Positions 11,346 through 23,524 of a stretch of 64,000 nt of DNA are shown piece by piece; position 1 is the stretch's first letter; every line of letters starts with the position of its first letter. Both the position numbers and the translations under genes were made by a program. The DNA is from an uncultured Methanosarcinaceae archaeon (GTDB taxonomy: Archaea > Halobacteriota > Methanosarcinia > Methanosarcinales > Methanosarcinaceae), in contig CAWHXP010000008.1 of the NCBI GenBank assembly GCA_963833425.1, positions 180,578 through 244,577 on the forward strand. The letters are read 5' to 3'. The notes beneath the pieces are model-generated. The model saw only the letters and a list, made by a program, of their open reading frames with translations. It searched no databases and was not told where the DNA came from.

Positions 11346-12913
11346 TCACTGCTACTCAAAGAGCGATTCTAAAGATTTTAGGCATGGCTTTGTTATAATC
11401 TCTATCAGTTGATGATTTTGAAAATAAAAGAAGTATTTTAAGGATAGAGTAAGTTGTCTTTAAAATCAAAGAACGATGAACTAGAATAGAAAATGAAAAC
11501 CAAGTACAGAAATTAGCAGGAAAAGTAGACATGATTTCTGCGAAGAAAAAAAATTCGACATAAATCGAAATACTCCATAATTCAAATATTATCAGCTCAG
11601 AAATTTTTATTTTTTTATTTTTGATCTTATATTGTTGATTGCAGATCACAGACAATTTACAGAAGGCGTTGCTGAATGAAATTAAAGTTTCTCTGGTGCA
11701 CCGTGCTGCAAGCAACGTATAGATTTCTTCACAGCTCCAGCTATTAAGGAATTATCCAAAATCAAATATTTTCATGTACTTATATGCATTTTTGCTCCCT
11801 GGTTTCCTATATTTTCAAAATCTTTTTTAATTACATCGGAAGCAGTACTATCATCCAAAGTTTCAATGTAACTTCCATCAATCCAAAGTTCAATATCCCA
11901 CAACTTTTTTTAATCTCAGCATATTCCTTAAGATTTTTATGATACTTCTTATAGTTTTCTATTACACTTGAAGTAAAATATTTTGGTTAGTACCGATGAA
12001 GAGATATACATTATCTCCACTATTATCGATTGATTAGACTCAAAAAAGCTTTTTACAATTTAAAAACATATAAATTTTAAATAATTGATTAGATCACTTT
12101 CTCAAAGAAGTTTTTTTTACATATTTCATCCAAAAGTAAATGGTATCTTGTTTTAAGGTTCAATAGTTCAAATGACGTGGTCCCAATTTTATGTACAAAA
12201 ATATTCAAATTTCAATCAGTTAGTCGATAACAATTTTCTAGGATTTTTCCATTTCAGTAGAAGTAGCTGGATATTCTACTGGAATAAAATTTTAAGAATT
12301 TTTTAAAAATTACAGTTTGTCCCATCGGATAAATTTATAATACCAACGATTGTACATAATCCAGAGAATAAAGACGGTAGATAGCAGTGTCTATACCAGA
12401 TGTGGAGTCATTTTTATTTATCATAATAAACGGCTTCATTAATTTATAAATTTTTTTGAAATTTTTCTGATTTTTAGAATTATTTCGAAACCTAGATATT
12501 CAAAAATTCTGAATTTAGACAAAAATTTATTAAGCCCCCACGAATGGTTTAATATGAAAGAACTGACTTGAGCCTGAGCATATATAGTCTGACTAAAAAA
12601 ACTTTTTGCTATACATGGGATCGCAAAAATCTATTATTGCAATGCAAGCCCAGAAAATGATCAAAATTCTCGAAAAAGATTCGACATTTGCAGATATGCA
12701 CATGTGTGCAATTTGTTTGCTTATTTGACCACCACTACCCATTGAAAGTTGGATTACTTTTTAATCTATCGTCATATTGAGAAAATCGATGACATTCTTG
12801 TGTAAATCTGCGGAAATGAGTGTGTTAATAACTTTGTATTTCATCACAGCTATTTAATCCTTAATCTGGTAAAGTTCTGGATAACTCCAAAAAATAGTTG
12901 TGGGAAAAAGGAT

Positions 12914-13855
12914 ATGAAAAAGCAATTTTTATGTTCACTGTTTGTAACTAAAGGAGCTTTTACACTAATATGTATATTTTCATTGCTGAGCCTTGCTTCA
13001 GCTTCTGTTGCTTCATATGAGGATTCATTAACTGGATGTTTTCACAAAGAAAATAAATACTCATTTCAAGCTCTTTTGACAGAAGCCATCGAAATCCCGT
13101 CTTTGCTTTTTGGGCAGGAGATTTCATTCCCCTCTACCGAAAACAGAGACGAGGTAAATAGACACCTTGAAAAACTGAGCCCGTTCCTTCTTATAGCAGC
13201 GGGCATACTTGCAGGTTTCAATCCCTGCCTACTTGCAGTAATTGCTTTTTTGGCATCTGTCACTCTTGCTCAGCAGCAAGGAGGAAGAAAAGAGATGCTC
13301 AAAATTACCTTAGGTTTTTCTACAGGAATTTTGACCATACATATGTTTATAGGGCTAAGTGTACTTTCGGCTGTCAACATGATGCCTGAAATCCAGGAAA
13401 GTTTCACTTCAGTTACAATTATGCTAACAGCTCTCCTCGGCTTCTGGCATATTTTTGATGCATATTGGCTAAAAAGGCATTCCAGATCAACATTCAAGAC
13501 TCCAGATTTCCTGAAGAACTTTATGAGTGGAATGGGGAAAAAAAAATTGCTGTTGTTATCCTTCCTTTCAGGAGGCATATACTTCATAGTCAAAGCTCCT
13601 TGTTTAGGAGCTATTTACCTATCTGTCCTGAGCATACTCGCATCAAAAACCGATACAATGGAAGGAATAGCATATGCTGGACTTTACAACCTTGGCCTTC
13701 TGCTTCCTATTGTGTCTCTCGGACTCTTGCTTTCCTTTGGGCTAAGCCCAAACAAGGTCACTGAATTCAGGGAAAAAAGGCGAGTGGGAATAAGGTTGAC
13801 GACAGGAGTCATACTTATTACCCTTGCTCTAATGATGCAGCTTAGAATTATCTGA
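12914..13855 (+). CDS. CcdA/DsbD-like transmembrane thiol-redox protein
   Basis: AGILAGFNPCLLAVI and KAPCLGAIY cysteine motifs in a multi-TM protein. Confidence 0.8.
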   Translation: MKKQFLCSLFVTKGAFTLICIFSLLSLASASVASYEDSLTGCFHKENKYSFQALLTEAIEIPSLLFGQEISFPSTENRDEVNRHLEKLSPFLLIAAGILAGFNPCLLAVIAFLASVTLAQQQGGRKEMLKITLGFSTGILTIHMFIGLSVLSAVNMMPEIQESFTSVTIMLTALLGFWHIFDAYWLKRHSRSTFKTPDFLKNFMSGMGKKKLLLLSFLSGGIYFIVKAPCLGAIYLSVLSILASKTDTMEGIAYAGLYNLGLLLPIVSLGLLLSFGLSPNKVTEFREKRRVGIRLTTGVILITLALMMQLRII

Positions 13856-14012
13856 CAAAAATTGAAGTTTTAATAAAGGTCTGAATTACAGCCTGCGCAG
13901 TAAAAATTAATGCTTTAAGAGCTTAGAAAAATGTATATCCTGAATAAAAATCTATTTTCCCAAACTTTTGAAATGTCAATTTTTACTGCAAGGACTTTAT
14001 TATACTTTGGGA

Positions 14013-15023
14013 TCAGAACTCAGATTCAGGACTCTTCTCAAGTTCTTCAGAGTGGGACGAAAGGCGCTTTTCTTCAATCATCTTCAGAAGCCTGTCTAGT
14101 ACCTCTTTTATTCCATCTCCGGTAATTGTGGAAATGTTCAACGATACTTCATCTATCTTTCTGAACTCCGGCTTATCAGCCTTGTTTGCAACAACAAGCA
14201 AGGGAAGGTTAAAATTTTTTTTAATTTCCGTAAGCAGATTTTTTTGGTCCTCAATCACGTATCCACAGCTTTCACTGGGGTCAATCATGAACATTACAAC
14301 CGCGTCAAGGAACTGTATTGCAGTTATTGCCTGATGTTCGATGTTGTTTCTGTCAGACATAGGCCGGTCAAGAAGGCCAGGTGTATCCATAACTTGATAC
14401 CGTACACCTTCCCAGCTAAAATGTCCGATTCCTACTCCTTTTGTTGTGAAGGGATAGGGAGCTATTTTTGGGCGTGCACCAGTAATTTTTGCTACAAAAC
14501 TTGACTTCCCTACATTCGGGTATCCAGCGATTACAATCGTGGGTTCATCCCTTACATCCGGAAGTTTCCGTAATATGTTTCTAGCTTCGTTGAGAAAAAG
14601 AAGATCTTTGTTGATCGATTTAATAATGGATGCAACCCTTCCCAAAGCCTCTTTTCGAACAGGCTCTGGAATGTCTGAATCCCGCATTTTTACCACGTAA
14701 AACCTTGCAACCTCATGAATTTTCTTACTAGCCCAGTCCAAGGATGCGAGAGACATCTTGAGCTTTTCGATGCCTACTAGAATATCAGTAAGTTTATAGT
14801 AAAATTTGGGTAATTGATCAAAACTCGGAAACCATCTAACTATATTTGCAAGATTATCTGTAAAGATGTTTGCAGCTGTCAATATCATGGCCTCGTTGGC
14901 CCTTAACCGATCATACTTATTCTCACTATTTTTCATGGACATCGCTTTAGCTGCTCGTTTAAAAGCTTTATTAATTAACTCTTCGGAAGTGGGAACGGTG
15001 TGAATTTTTTCGAATATAATCAT
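14013..15023 (-). CDS. NOG1-family GTP-binding protein
   Basis: GYPNVGKSS, YPFTTK, DTPGLLDRP, NKAD. Confidence 0.92.
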   Translation of the reverse strand: MIIFEKIHTVPTSEELINKAFKRAAKAMSMKNSENKYDRLRANEAMILTAANIFTDNLANIVRWFPSFDQLPKFYYKLTDILVGIEKLKMSLASLDWASKKIHEVARFYVVKMRDSDIPEPVRKEALGRVASIIKSINKDLLFLNEARNILRKLPDVRDEPTIVIAGYPNVGKSSFVAKITGARPKIAPYPFTTKGVGIGHFSWEGVRYQVMDTPGLLDRPMSDRNNIEHQAITAIQFLDAVVMFMIDPSESCGYVIEDQKNLLTEIKKNFNLPLLVVANKADKPEFRKIDEVSLNISTITGDGIKEVLDRLLKMIEEKRLSSHSEELEKSPESEF

Positions 15024-15489
15024 AGTCTAACACTCTGAGTTCTAGTTGAGCTATATAATTAATTTTTCTGACCAAGAGTTTTATCAAAACAAAAAGTGCG
15101 GGCAAAAGTTTCGCAAAAATTTATGAGAGCGATTTACTGAATGCAAATTTAAAGATTTCTTATAATTAACTTATTTTTTTAATGATTGCATTCAATTGGC
15201 ATTGGAATTAATTCAAAATTTTGAAAATCTCATCAGGTCTTAAACGTTCTCCAAATTTATTACTAAGTTTTAAATTTGTTACTAAAAATTCTCATAATAA
15301 ACTTAACACCTGACATAAAACTAGCTGGATACTCAAAGCACAACCGGACTCTTTTTATATTTGCAGTAGTAAGTTATAATATGAATTATAATAATTAATT
15401 ATGTTAAATATATACGGTAGTATACATTTATCGATGTAAAGGTGTTATACACCATCCTGATAAAAGTATATGAAATTGATGGTGGAAGT

Positions 15490-16365
15490 ATGGAACTCAC
15501 TCAGATTCAAAAAGATATTATTATTGCATTAATCAATTTGCAAAGACAAAAGAATAGAGCAATAAAGGGAGAAGAAATCGCCGAGGTAATTCAGCGCAAC
15601 CCGGGAACCGTTCGTAATCAGATGCAGCTGTTGAAAGCTCTGGGACTAGTGGAAGGGGTCCCTGGACCAAAAGGAGGTTACAAACCTACAGGGTCAGCAT
15701 ATAGCGCCTTACGCATTCAACAACTTAAGAACGAATCAGTGGTTCCACTATACAGAAACACTACAATAGTTGATGGGGCAACAGCTGCTGAAATCAGTTT
15801 TACGACCGTCAGAAATCCAGATGCCTGTAGCGGAGTAGTACGCGTACTGGGAAACATAAAAGACTTTATGGTAGATGATAAGATTCAAGTAGGTCCTACG
15901 CCTGTAAACCGTCTGATAGTTCGCGGAGAAGTGACAGGACGAGACGATAACAGTAACTCAATTCTTTTCAATATTACCGAAATGATATCTTTTCCAAAAA
16001 AACACGTTAAACACTACATGCAATACCCACCTTTACTTGTTAACATGAATGCTAGTATTCAGGAAGCAACAAGGCTTTTCATAAGGAACAACGTTCATGG
16101 AGCACCTGTCGAAGACAAGGGAAAAATTATAGGGATAATTACCTATACAGATATTGCCCATGCCATTGCTCAAGGAAAACCGAACGTAAAAGTCAAAGAC
16201 ATCATGACAACCGAACTTATCACAGTTGATGGGGACCTGCAACTCTATGATGTCGTAAAACTCTTCCACAAGTATAATGTAGGAAAACTTATTGTAACAA
16301 TAAATGGTATTCCAAAAGGAACCCTGTCAAAAACTGATGTCTTGAACGAGCTTGCAATCAACTGA
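15490..16365 (+). CDS. wHTH transcriptional regulator with C-terminal CBS pair
   Basis: IKGEEIAEVIQRNPGTVRNQMQ.LK.LGLVEGVPGPKGGY followed by two CBS domains; likely start 15490. Confidence 0.85.
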   Translation: MELTQIQKDIIIALINLQRQKNRAIKGEEIAEVIQRNPGTVRNQMQLLKALGLVEGVPGPKGGYKPTGSAYSALRIQQLKNESVVPLYRNTTIVDGATAAEISFTTVRNPDACSGVVRVLGNIKDFMVDDKIQVGPTPVNRLIVRGEVTGRDDNSNSILFNITEMISFPKKHVKHYMQYPPLLVNMNASIQEATRLFIRNNVHGAPVEDKGKIIGIITYTDIAHAIAQGKPNVKVKDIMTTELITVDGDLQLYDVVKLFHKYNVGKLIVTINGIPKGTLSKTDVLNELAIN

Positions 16366-16582
16366 GAATATAACAAATTTTGATGGATCTATGATTCTTA
16401 ACGAATCATATCTATATTATTTATAAAAATATATTAAAACTTGGAATTTATTGAAATCATTTAAAGTTTCGTAGTTTATTAAAGATTGGAAAAGTCTCAA
16501 GAAAGGCATATAAAAATGATTATTCCTTAAAAGTATTTTCTTATTTGCACATACACTTATACTTAGAAAATTCTCAAAACCT

Positions 16583-16897
16583 TCAGTCTCTTTTCATGCT
16601 TTCATGTCTGGCAGTCATCTCAGCTGCAATTTCATCAAGAGTAATATTATTCGCAGCGAGCAATACCAGGAGATGGAAGATCAGATCCGAAATTTCCGAA
16701 ATGATCTCTGTGTGGTCTTCATTCCTGACCGCAAGAATGGTTTCAATCGATTCTTCCCCTACCTTTTCAAGAATCTTGTTCATACCCTTTTGATTGTTCA
16801 AAAGCTTGCAGACATATGAACACTCATCATAGTTCTGTTTCCGATCCAATATTATTTCATATACCCTACTTAAAATTGACAAATCAGCATTCTGCAT
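16583..16897 (-). CDS. hisE: Phosphoribosyl-ATP diphosphatase
   Basis: [35 protein letters not shown]. Confidence 0.93.
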   Translation of the reverse strand: MQNADLSILSRVYEIILDRKQNYDECSYVCKLLNNQKGMNKILEKVGEESIETILAVRNEDHTEIISEISDLIFHLLVLLAANNITLDEIAAEMTARHESMKRD

Positions 16898-16955
16898 CCA
16901 AACACCTTTTTATTTAAGCATACGAGGAAATATCCAAAAGTAAACAGAACGTTTT

Positions 16956-18251
16956 TCAAACCTTCCTAGGATCAGTTATTTCTCCTGTGAGGGCTGATGC
17001 ACCTGCAGTTGCAGGGGAAGAGAGATATACAAAGGACTCGGCACTTCCTTCTCTCCCCCTAAAGTTACGGTTTGAAGTTGCAAGACCCACTTCCCCAGCG
17101 CCAAGTAGACCAAAAGAGCCACCCATACATGGCCCACAGCAAGGGGATTCTACAATTGCACCAGCGTTCATAAGCTTTTCGAGATATCCTGCCCTTAACA
17201 TTTTCATGTACTCTGTCCTTGAAGCGGGGACGACTATGAGGCGTACACCCTTTGCTATAGGCTCATCGCCAATGATATCTGCCATAATCTTAATATCTTC
17301 GAACCTGCCGTTAGTACAAGAACCCATAAAGATCTGATCAATTTTTGTGCCCTCGACGTCAGTTACAGGTTTTACGTTATCCACACTATGGGGGCAAGCT
17401 ACCTGGGGTTCCAGATCTGATATATCATAGTGCCGGAAGGCGGCATATTCAGCATTTTCGTCGGATTTCCAGTATGGATCAAATTCGTAATATAAAATCC
17501 GCTCTTTAAGGTAAGCTGTAGTCACTTCATCAGCTTCAATGATTCCTGCTTTTCCTCCCATCTCAATTGCCATATTAGACATAGTCATGCGTTCAGGAAT
17601 TGAGAGAGAACGGATTGTTGGACCCGCAAACTCAGCTGCCATATACCTGGCTCCCTCTGCACCAATATTACCTATCAGATAGAGGATTAGATCTTTTGAG
17701 TAAACGCGCCTTGGTAAAGTGCCTTCCACTTCAAAATGAAATGTTTGCGGTACCCTGAACCAAAGTTTGCCTGTGGCAAGAACAGCCGCCATATCAGTAG
17801 ACCCGATGCCTGTGGAAAATGCCCCTAAAGCTCCATAAGCACAAGTATGTGAATCTGAGCCCACTATCAGATCTCCTGGCAAGACGTGCCCTTTTTCTGG
17901 AAGAACCTGATGGCATACTCCCTCGTATACATCATAATTTAAAATTTTTTGTTCTTCAGCAAATTCTCTTAACATTATGTGGTTTGCTGTGGCGTTGATA
18001 GAATCCGCAGGAACCTGGTGGTCGAATATTATCACTATCTTCTTGGGGTCCCATACTTTCTTCTCTTCTTTGTCGTTCATTATTTCATAAAATCCCTTAA
18101 CTGCCAGAGGACCTGTAATGTCGTGCATCATAGCGAGGTCTACATTGGCCAACACGAAATCCCCGGCTTTTACTGGATTTCCGGCGGCTTTCGAGAAAAT
18201 TTTTTCGGAAACTGTCATCGGCCAATTTTCATTACCAGATATTTCGCCCAT
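16956..18251 (-). CDS. Homoaconitase / 3-isopropylmalate dehydratase large subunit
   Basis: [34 protein letters not shown] aconitase-family motifs; the two paralogs cannot be distinguished by eye. Confidence 0.9.
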   Translation of the reverse strand: MGEISGNENWPMTVSEKIFSKAAGNPVKAGDFVLANVDLAMMHDITGPLAVKGFYEIMNDKEEKKVWDPKKIVIIFDHQVPADSINATANHIMLREFAEEQKILNYDVYEGVCHQVLPEKGHVLPGDLIVGSDSHTCAYGALGAFSTGIGSTDMAAVLATGKLWFRVPQTFHFEVEGTLPRRVYSKDLILYLIGNIGAEGARYMAAEFAGPTIRSLSIPERMTMSNMAIEMGGKAGIIEADEVTTAYLKERILYYEFDPYWKSDENAEYAAFRHYDISDLEPQVACPHSVDNVKPVTDVEGTKIDQIFMGSCTNGRFEDIKIMADIIGDEPIAKGVRLIVVPASRTEYMKMLRAGYLEKLMNAGAIVESPCCGPCMGGSFGLLGAGEVGLATSNRNFRGREGSAESFVYLSSPATAGASALTGEITDPRKV

Positions 18252-19111
18252 AAGGATTAACTGGCTCGTTATATTAAATAAATCTAATTGATGGTTCAGA
18301 ATGCATAAATCAAAATATAGGTGTTTCTCAAAATTGCGAGCAACTGAGTATTTTTTTTCGCCATCACTTGGATCTAAAGTAATTATTTAAAATTAAATAT
18401 TTTCACTAAGTTTTGTGCTTTTTTTATCCAATTTCCCTTAATTTTCGATATATTACTTATGACATCGGAAGTTGACATCACTATAATTTCCAATGATTCT
18501 CCATCACTCCAAAGTTTGCCACTCTATATTTTTTTTAATCTGTCTTGCTCTTTAAAAATTTATCTACTCTGACACTTCTAAGAGCCTGCAATCTTGAGGG
18601 AAAATATTTTGGTCAGAATCAGCGCAAAGATGTAAACGAACTCTGTAAGCATGAATTGATCAAACTCAAAAAAGTATTTTCTGCCAATTTAAAGTAATGA
18701 TGATAACAAATAATTTTTATTTAATAGTCTAAGAAATTCATGAGATTTCATCGAAAAAAAATTATTTGATATCTTATTTTATAGAAACTAGTATATTTAC
18801 CTACATTGTTTACAATAATCATTTACCAGTGATTAGAAATTAATTGCTGTTTCTCCTGTAAAATAATAACTATGTTATTTATTTTGTGACCTTTTTAGAT
18901 GTCACAGCAGATGTATGAAAGAGCTGTAATTTTCTGAATTCTATACATAAATATTGATTTATTACCTTGGTAAAATTGTCACTGCTAGCACATTTTGTAT
19001 TTAAAGGAAGATGCCCCCCCAAGTCTCCAAAGCAAGTTCAAATTCATTGTAGCTACAACTTTTTATATTGACCAGCTTGACTATTTATACTATTGCCTCC
19101 GAAGATCCAAA

Positions 19112-19443
19112 TTTTGTTCAAAGCACCTTTCATTTTCAATAGCTTAGTTTTTCCTAATATAAGACTTGCTTGATCAAAGATTCAGTATTCCAATCCTAAA
19201 ATGACATCAACTCGCTTAGTATCTAGTCCTTTTCGTCTAACTTATGGCCACCGTTTAAAAGAGTAATAGCTGCTGAAATAAACAAGGATCCGCCACTGAT
19301 AGGCTCAAGGCAAGGTTATCATACGATGGTATTGGAAAAAGGAGAAACTGGCTACAACAAAATAGATCCTAGCGTCGCTAATTAAATTGTATTTTAAAAA
19401 AAGCAGGATGTATCGGTGGAATTAGAGGTTTGTACAGCACATT
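19112..19443 (+). repeat. Dispersed ~300-bp repeat, copy A
   Basis: Shares AAAGCACC-TCATTTTCAATAGCTTAGTTTT and CATCAACTC with copy B; CATCAACTCGCTTAGT, TAGGCTCAAGGCAAGGTT and TAGCGTCGCTAATT with copy C. Confidence 0.8.
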
Positions 19444-19726
19444 TAGACCTCTGTAGAGATCAAGATGCTTTATGTGAATGCTTGAGTAGCGATTTATTTG
19501 ATGATTTTTCGCTGATTGCAGCTTTTTAATGTAAAATCTGATTGACTCGAGATTCTTTTCTTCTTCACAAAAAGGATCTATTATTTCATTGATTCATAGC
19601 TTTTGCCATAAAACCTATGCATCAGTAAACACGCTAAACCGTGTTGCATAATGAGAAAAAAGGGTGCAAAACAGTATTTTTTACAAAATTTTCAGTACAC
19701 TAAATAATTAGATAATATAGTGAATT

Positions 19727-19840
19727 TACTGTAAATTTGAAATCAATTTTTGTATATTGTATGTAATAAGGTTCTAATGATACTACTGTAAATTTGAAAT
19801 CAATTTTTGCATATTGTATGTAATAAGGTTCTAATGATAC
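19727..19840. repeat. Tandem duplication, 2 x 57 bp
   Basis: TACTGTAAATTTGAAATCAATTTTTGYATATTGTATGTAATAAGGTTCTAATGATAC twice, one mismatch. Confidence 0.95.
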
Positions 19841-21179
19841 TGAATTTTCTGCTTTTTTGAAGTTTGTAATTTCACAGAAAATTAACAAGATGGAACTCCT
19901 TATGAGGCTGTTAAAGCTTGGGAGCGGATGCACTAATGGGGCTGGCGGCAGATTATACTTTTGAAGTAGTAGGAGGGCTAGAACCAGTCAAAGAGCTTAA
20001 CTAACTTGCTATTTCCGAAATAGAGGCTACCTAATACCTCATTTCATCAGGTACCCGTCCGTAAACTTGCAGATACTATGATGATCGAAGAGTACACCTC
20101 CGTACCAACAGTCTACCCCGTTTCCATAGACTTACTCTGGGCCCGATTGATAAGCGATCGCCACAGTCCTTAGATTCTTGTTTCACAGGAGTCTAAAAGA
20201 TAGGAAGCACCTGCTCGCTAGGGATGGGTCGACTATATCTACAGAGACATTACGAAAATAAGGAAGTTGTTATTTTCGTGAATTTTATATCATCAAGGAG
20301 TCCTGCTGACCTTCATGCTTTTGGAAGGGAAATGATACTATTTGTGAACAGTTAAAATCAAAATAGTTTTAAACGTATGTGGTTTTTAGGACTTCTTTGA
20401 AAAGTTTAAAAAAGAAGCCTAAATTTTAATTATTTTTCCAGAGTAAATTCTGTTCAGTTTGTACGTTTGATAGATGAAGTTCTGCCAACTCAATAATTGT
20501 ACAAAAAAGATTGTCAGTAAGAGTATTCCTTTTTTATTATAATAAAGATTAAGGATTGTCCTCTTTATTTTTTAGATTTTCTTATGGGAAACTTAAGGCG
20601 TCAAAAGGTTTTCATATTTTAAACATGTGCCAAAGCTAATGAGCATTTCCCATGTTAAATAACTGTTTTCAAAAGCAAAATAAGTGAGACAAAAAGTCTA
20701 AATATTTTTATAAAATATGTGATAAAGCTGTTGAGAAAGCTAAATAAATTCGAAGTTCGATTGTTGCCTTTTTATGAAATTTAAGGCTATCCAGAATATA
20801 TTTGTCAGAAACTAACTCTCGAACATTATTCGATATCATAACTTAATTTATTGATTTACTCTACTTGCTGAAAAGGCTGAACTATCTCCTTGATGAAAGC
20901 TAAACTCGCCTTCAATTATATCTCCTTCAATTATATCTTTTTCTTTAATCTCGGCCCAACCACTACCAAAGGCAAGATCGAGTTCTTCATTTCTTCTCAG
21001 GCGAATTCAAATCTTTTACCGTCAGAGTAATTCTGGCTAGAATCGGAAGTTTGTATAAAAAAAACTTATATATAAGTGGATTAACTGTTCTGAAATGCGG
21101 AAAATATCTAACTTTCATTCGACAGTTAAACGTACAATTTAATATACTTTATTTTTATATTTATTATTATTCAATCATT

Positions 21180-21795
21180 ATTGGAAAAAACAGTGTTTTA
21201 AGAGCTGAATTTCAATTAAACGCGCAAATTTCTTGGGTCATCTCGGCTCTATTGTCGGAGCTTTCAGAGAACTTGAAGTTGACTAGCTGATTGAGGAGAA
21301 ACTTCCCAAAGAGGTCATAATATCCTCATTCAGTCTGCATCCTCGCTATGGCACTAATGATCTTGGCTTCGTAGGAGAGCGTTTGTATCTGTTTCCGGAT
21401 TTTTTCAAGAACTCTCAAGTGAAAGGCTCTTTTAGGAAGGTGTAACAAAAGAAGACCGCAATCAATACGTAATTGGAGAGACTCTTGATAGAATCGTAAG
21501 GTATGGCTCTACAAAACTACTAACGGAATCATTCTTCAGTATGACTCGTCTACTATCCTGTTCACTGTCTGCATGCTGATACTACAAGTGTAAGCGTGTA
21601 TGGAGATTATGAGAATGAAAAAACCGACTATATATATTACTTTTTGGATTCCAAAAAACGGAAGATGAGACCTCAAGCAATTTGTTCTTAGCTCGATTGT
21701 GAATCAAAACGGGATACTTCTTTTCATGAATACGCATTCAGGAAATGCTTCAGATAAAAGTGTAATTCTAAAATCAATCAAATATCTTAAAAGTA
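21180..21795 (+). pseudogene. IS1634-family transposase remnant (5' half)
   Basis: Broken frame: FLGHLG..GAFRELEVD, LGFVGERLYLFPDFFKN, VIGETLDRI, LHADTTSVSVYGDYE, DLKQFVLS, MNTHSGNASDK. Confidence 0.85.
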
Positions 21796-21992
21796 ATGGG
21801 TTTTACACAACCGAGGAAGTCTTCACCTTCCTGGACAAAGAGAGCTACGAGATCAGTTATAGGGGGTCTCTGCAATAGTGGGGTTCACGAACAACCGCCT
21901 GAGCATCCATAGCATAGACGCTCGGGCATCACAATTTATACTCCCTCAAGGACGATCTCACGAGTGTGGTAAAGTACGTTCTGGATAACTAA
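21795..21992 (+). pseudogene. DUF2551-like gene fragment, GC-rich
   Basis: FYTTEEVFTFLDKESYEISYRG/SAIVGFTNNRLSI..HNLYSLKDD with two frameshifts, fused directly to the IS1634 remnant. Confidence 0.6.
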
Positions 21993-22030
21993 TAATCCGG
22001 TTTTAAGCAAACGTTAATTCTGTTTTTTAA

Positions 22031-23524
22031 TCAATTCGGGGGCTCACCTCTTTTCATCCTCTTCAAATACTTGTTCAATACCACATCCGCAATAAGGTTA
22101 ATCCCGCTAAGAGCTGCATGGACCCCAGGTCCTGCGGTCATCCTCTCGCTATAAAACCGGTACAGAGCCTTTCGATTCCGAAGGTTGTACTCCAAGCAAA
22201 GTCCCACCAGCTCCCAGTGCTCAGGAAAAGCCTGATCCTTTCCAAAGCCGGTAATGCCGCTAAGCCTCGTTTCAGCAATGGGGCTGAAGAATAGCGGCAT
22301 CATCAGTCCGGTGTAATCCTTCAGCGAGTCCACGAGTTCAATGGTCTGTAGAACGTCCTCGGAAGTCTCGCCAGGGAGGCCAAGCACAAGGCTGGCGACA
22401 GGAAGCCAGGACTCTTCTCCGAAAAGCCGATAGCAATCTCTGACCATCTCGGGCCAGCTCTCTGGGTTTTTCGGCAAAGCTTTTCTTGGCATATGCATTT
22501 GAAGAATTCTGCAGCTTCCGGTCTCTATCCCTATCCAGGCAGACATGTACCTCTGATCTCTGCCAACTCCTGCAATCCTGGACACTTCTCGAAGAAGGCC
22601 CTGATTTCGATGAACCGTGGCAAGGCTGAGATGGGATACATCCAGTGTTCTCGGATCCAGTCGCTTAACCTCTCTGAACAGTTTCTTGACCTTTTCTCCA
22701 TCGGGCTTGGCGCCTGGTGAACCGTAGGTGAAGACGTCTTGGGAATGAAGAACCACGTCCTTTTGACCTGCCTTTAGATTCACCGTTACGTCATCGAGGA
22801 TTCTATCCAAGGGCCTATGGCGGAGAGTGTGCATAGTCGGAGAGCAGAAGGAACACCCCCGCCAACAACCCCTTCCGACCTCTACGATCCCGGCAATGGT
22901 TGGACCCCTGTTCACCGGTATGTCACCTCCTGCCACAGCCGTTCCTCGAATTACCTTTGGAACCTCATAGCCGTTAATAATAGATCGGCAGATTCTAGGA
23001 AAATCGGCCTCTCCTTCACCCAGGTAAATGTGGTCCACCGGGACATCCTCGCCCACCAGCTCCCAGGCGCCCATACCGCCGACCACCAACCTTGGCATAT
23101 GCTCTTTGATCAGTGGATGGGTTATCAGGGCCAGGAATTTGGACCTGTTATGAGGCTCACCCCGCCCGATCATCTCCTCAATCTCGCGTAAGGCGATTTT
23201 TCCGAGGGGATCGTCGTGGGTTATTCCCAAGATCTCAGTTTCTGGGCCGATGGCCTTATCAAGATGATCGGGATGGGCCACCATCACCTCGGATCGATCA
23301 AAACCAGCCTCCAAGAGGGCTGCCTCCACTTTTCTCATGCCGCAGGGCGCGAGCAGGGCTGAGCCGTCCGAGGCTGCAGCCACTGGAGGGCAGAAGAGCA
23401 GCCTGAAGGCAAAATCGGGCATCACCGATTTTGGCAGCGTCGCTGCAAACCCAAGAATCGCACCCCCGTGATATGTGCTCATCATGGTGGGGTCGCTCGT
23501 CAGAACGATTTTTTTGCCTTGCAT
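22031..23524 (-). CDS. B12-binding-type (class B-like) radical SAM protein
   Basis: EVGRGCWRGCSFC cluster motif, LVVGGMGAW, IGIETGS, LVLGLPGETSED; likely start MQGKKIVLTSD at 23524 after AAAGGTGG; visibly GC-rich. Confidence 0.88.
   Translation of the reverse strand: MQGKKIVLTSDPTMMSTYHGGAILGFAATLPKSVMPDFAFRLLFCPPVAAASDGSALLAPCGMRKVEAALLEAGFDRSEVMVAHPDHLDKAIGPETEILGITHDDPLGKIALREIEEMIGRGEPHNRSKFLALITHPLIKEHMPRLVVGGMGAWELVGEDVPVDHIYLGEGEADFPRICRSIINGYEVPKVIRGTAVAGGDIPVNRGPTIAGIVEVGRGCWRGCSFCSPTMHTLRHRPLDRILDDVTVNLKAGQKDVVLHSQDVFTYGSPGAKPDGEKVKKLFREVKRLDPRTLDVSHLSLATVHRNQGLLREVSRIAGVGRDQRYMSAWIGIETGSCRILQMHMPRKALPKNPESWPEMVRDCYRLFGEESWLPVASLVLGLPGETSEDVLQTIELVDSLKDYTGLMMPLFFSPIAETRLSGITGFGKDQAFPEHWELVGLCLEYNLRNRKALYRFYSERMTAGPGVHAALSGINLIADVVLNKYLKRMKRGEPPN

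Noticed and set aside
20170..20235. Possible IS200/IS605 right end or omegaRNA relic (GGAAGCACCTGCTCGCTAGGGATGGG)
   Set aside because: Only a loose resemblance, with no tnpB coding remnant recognisable upstream
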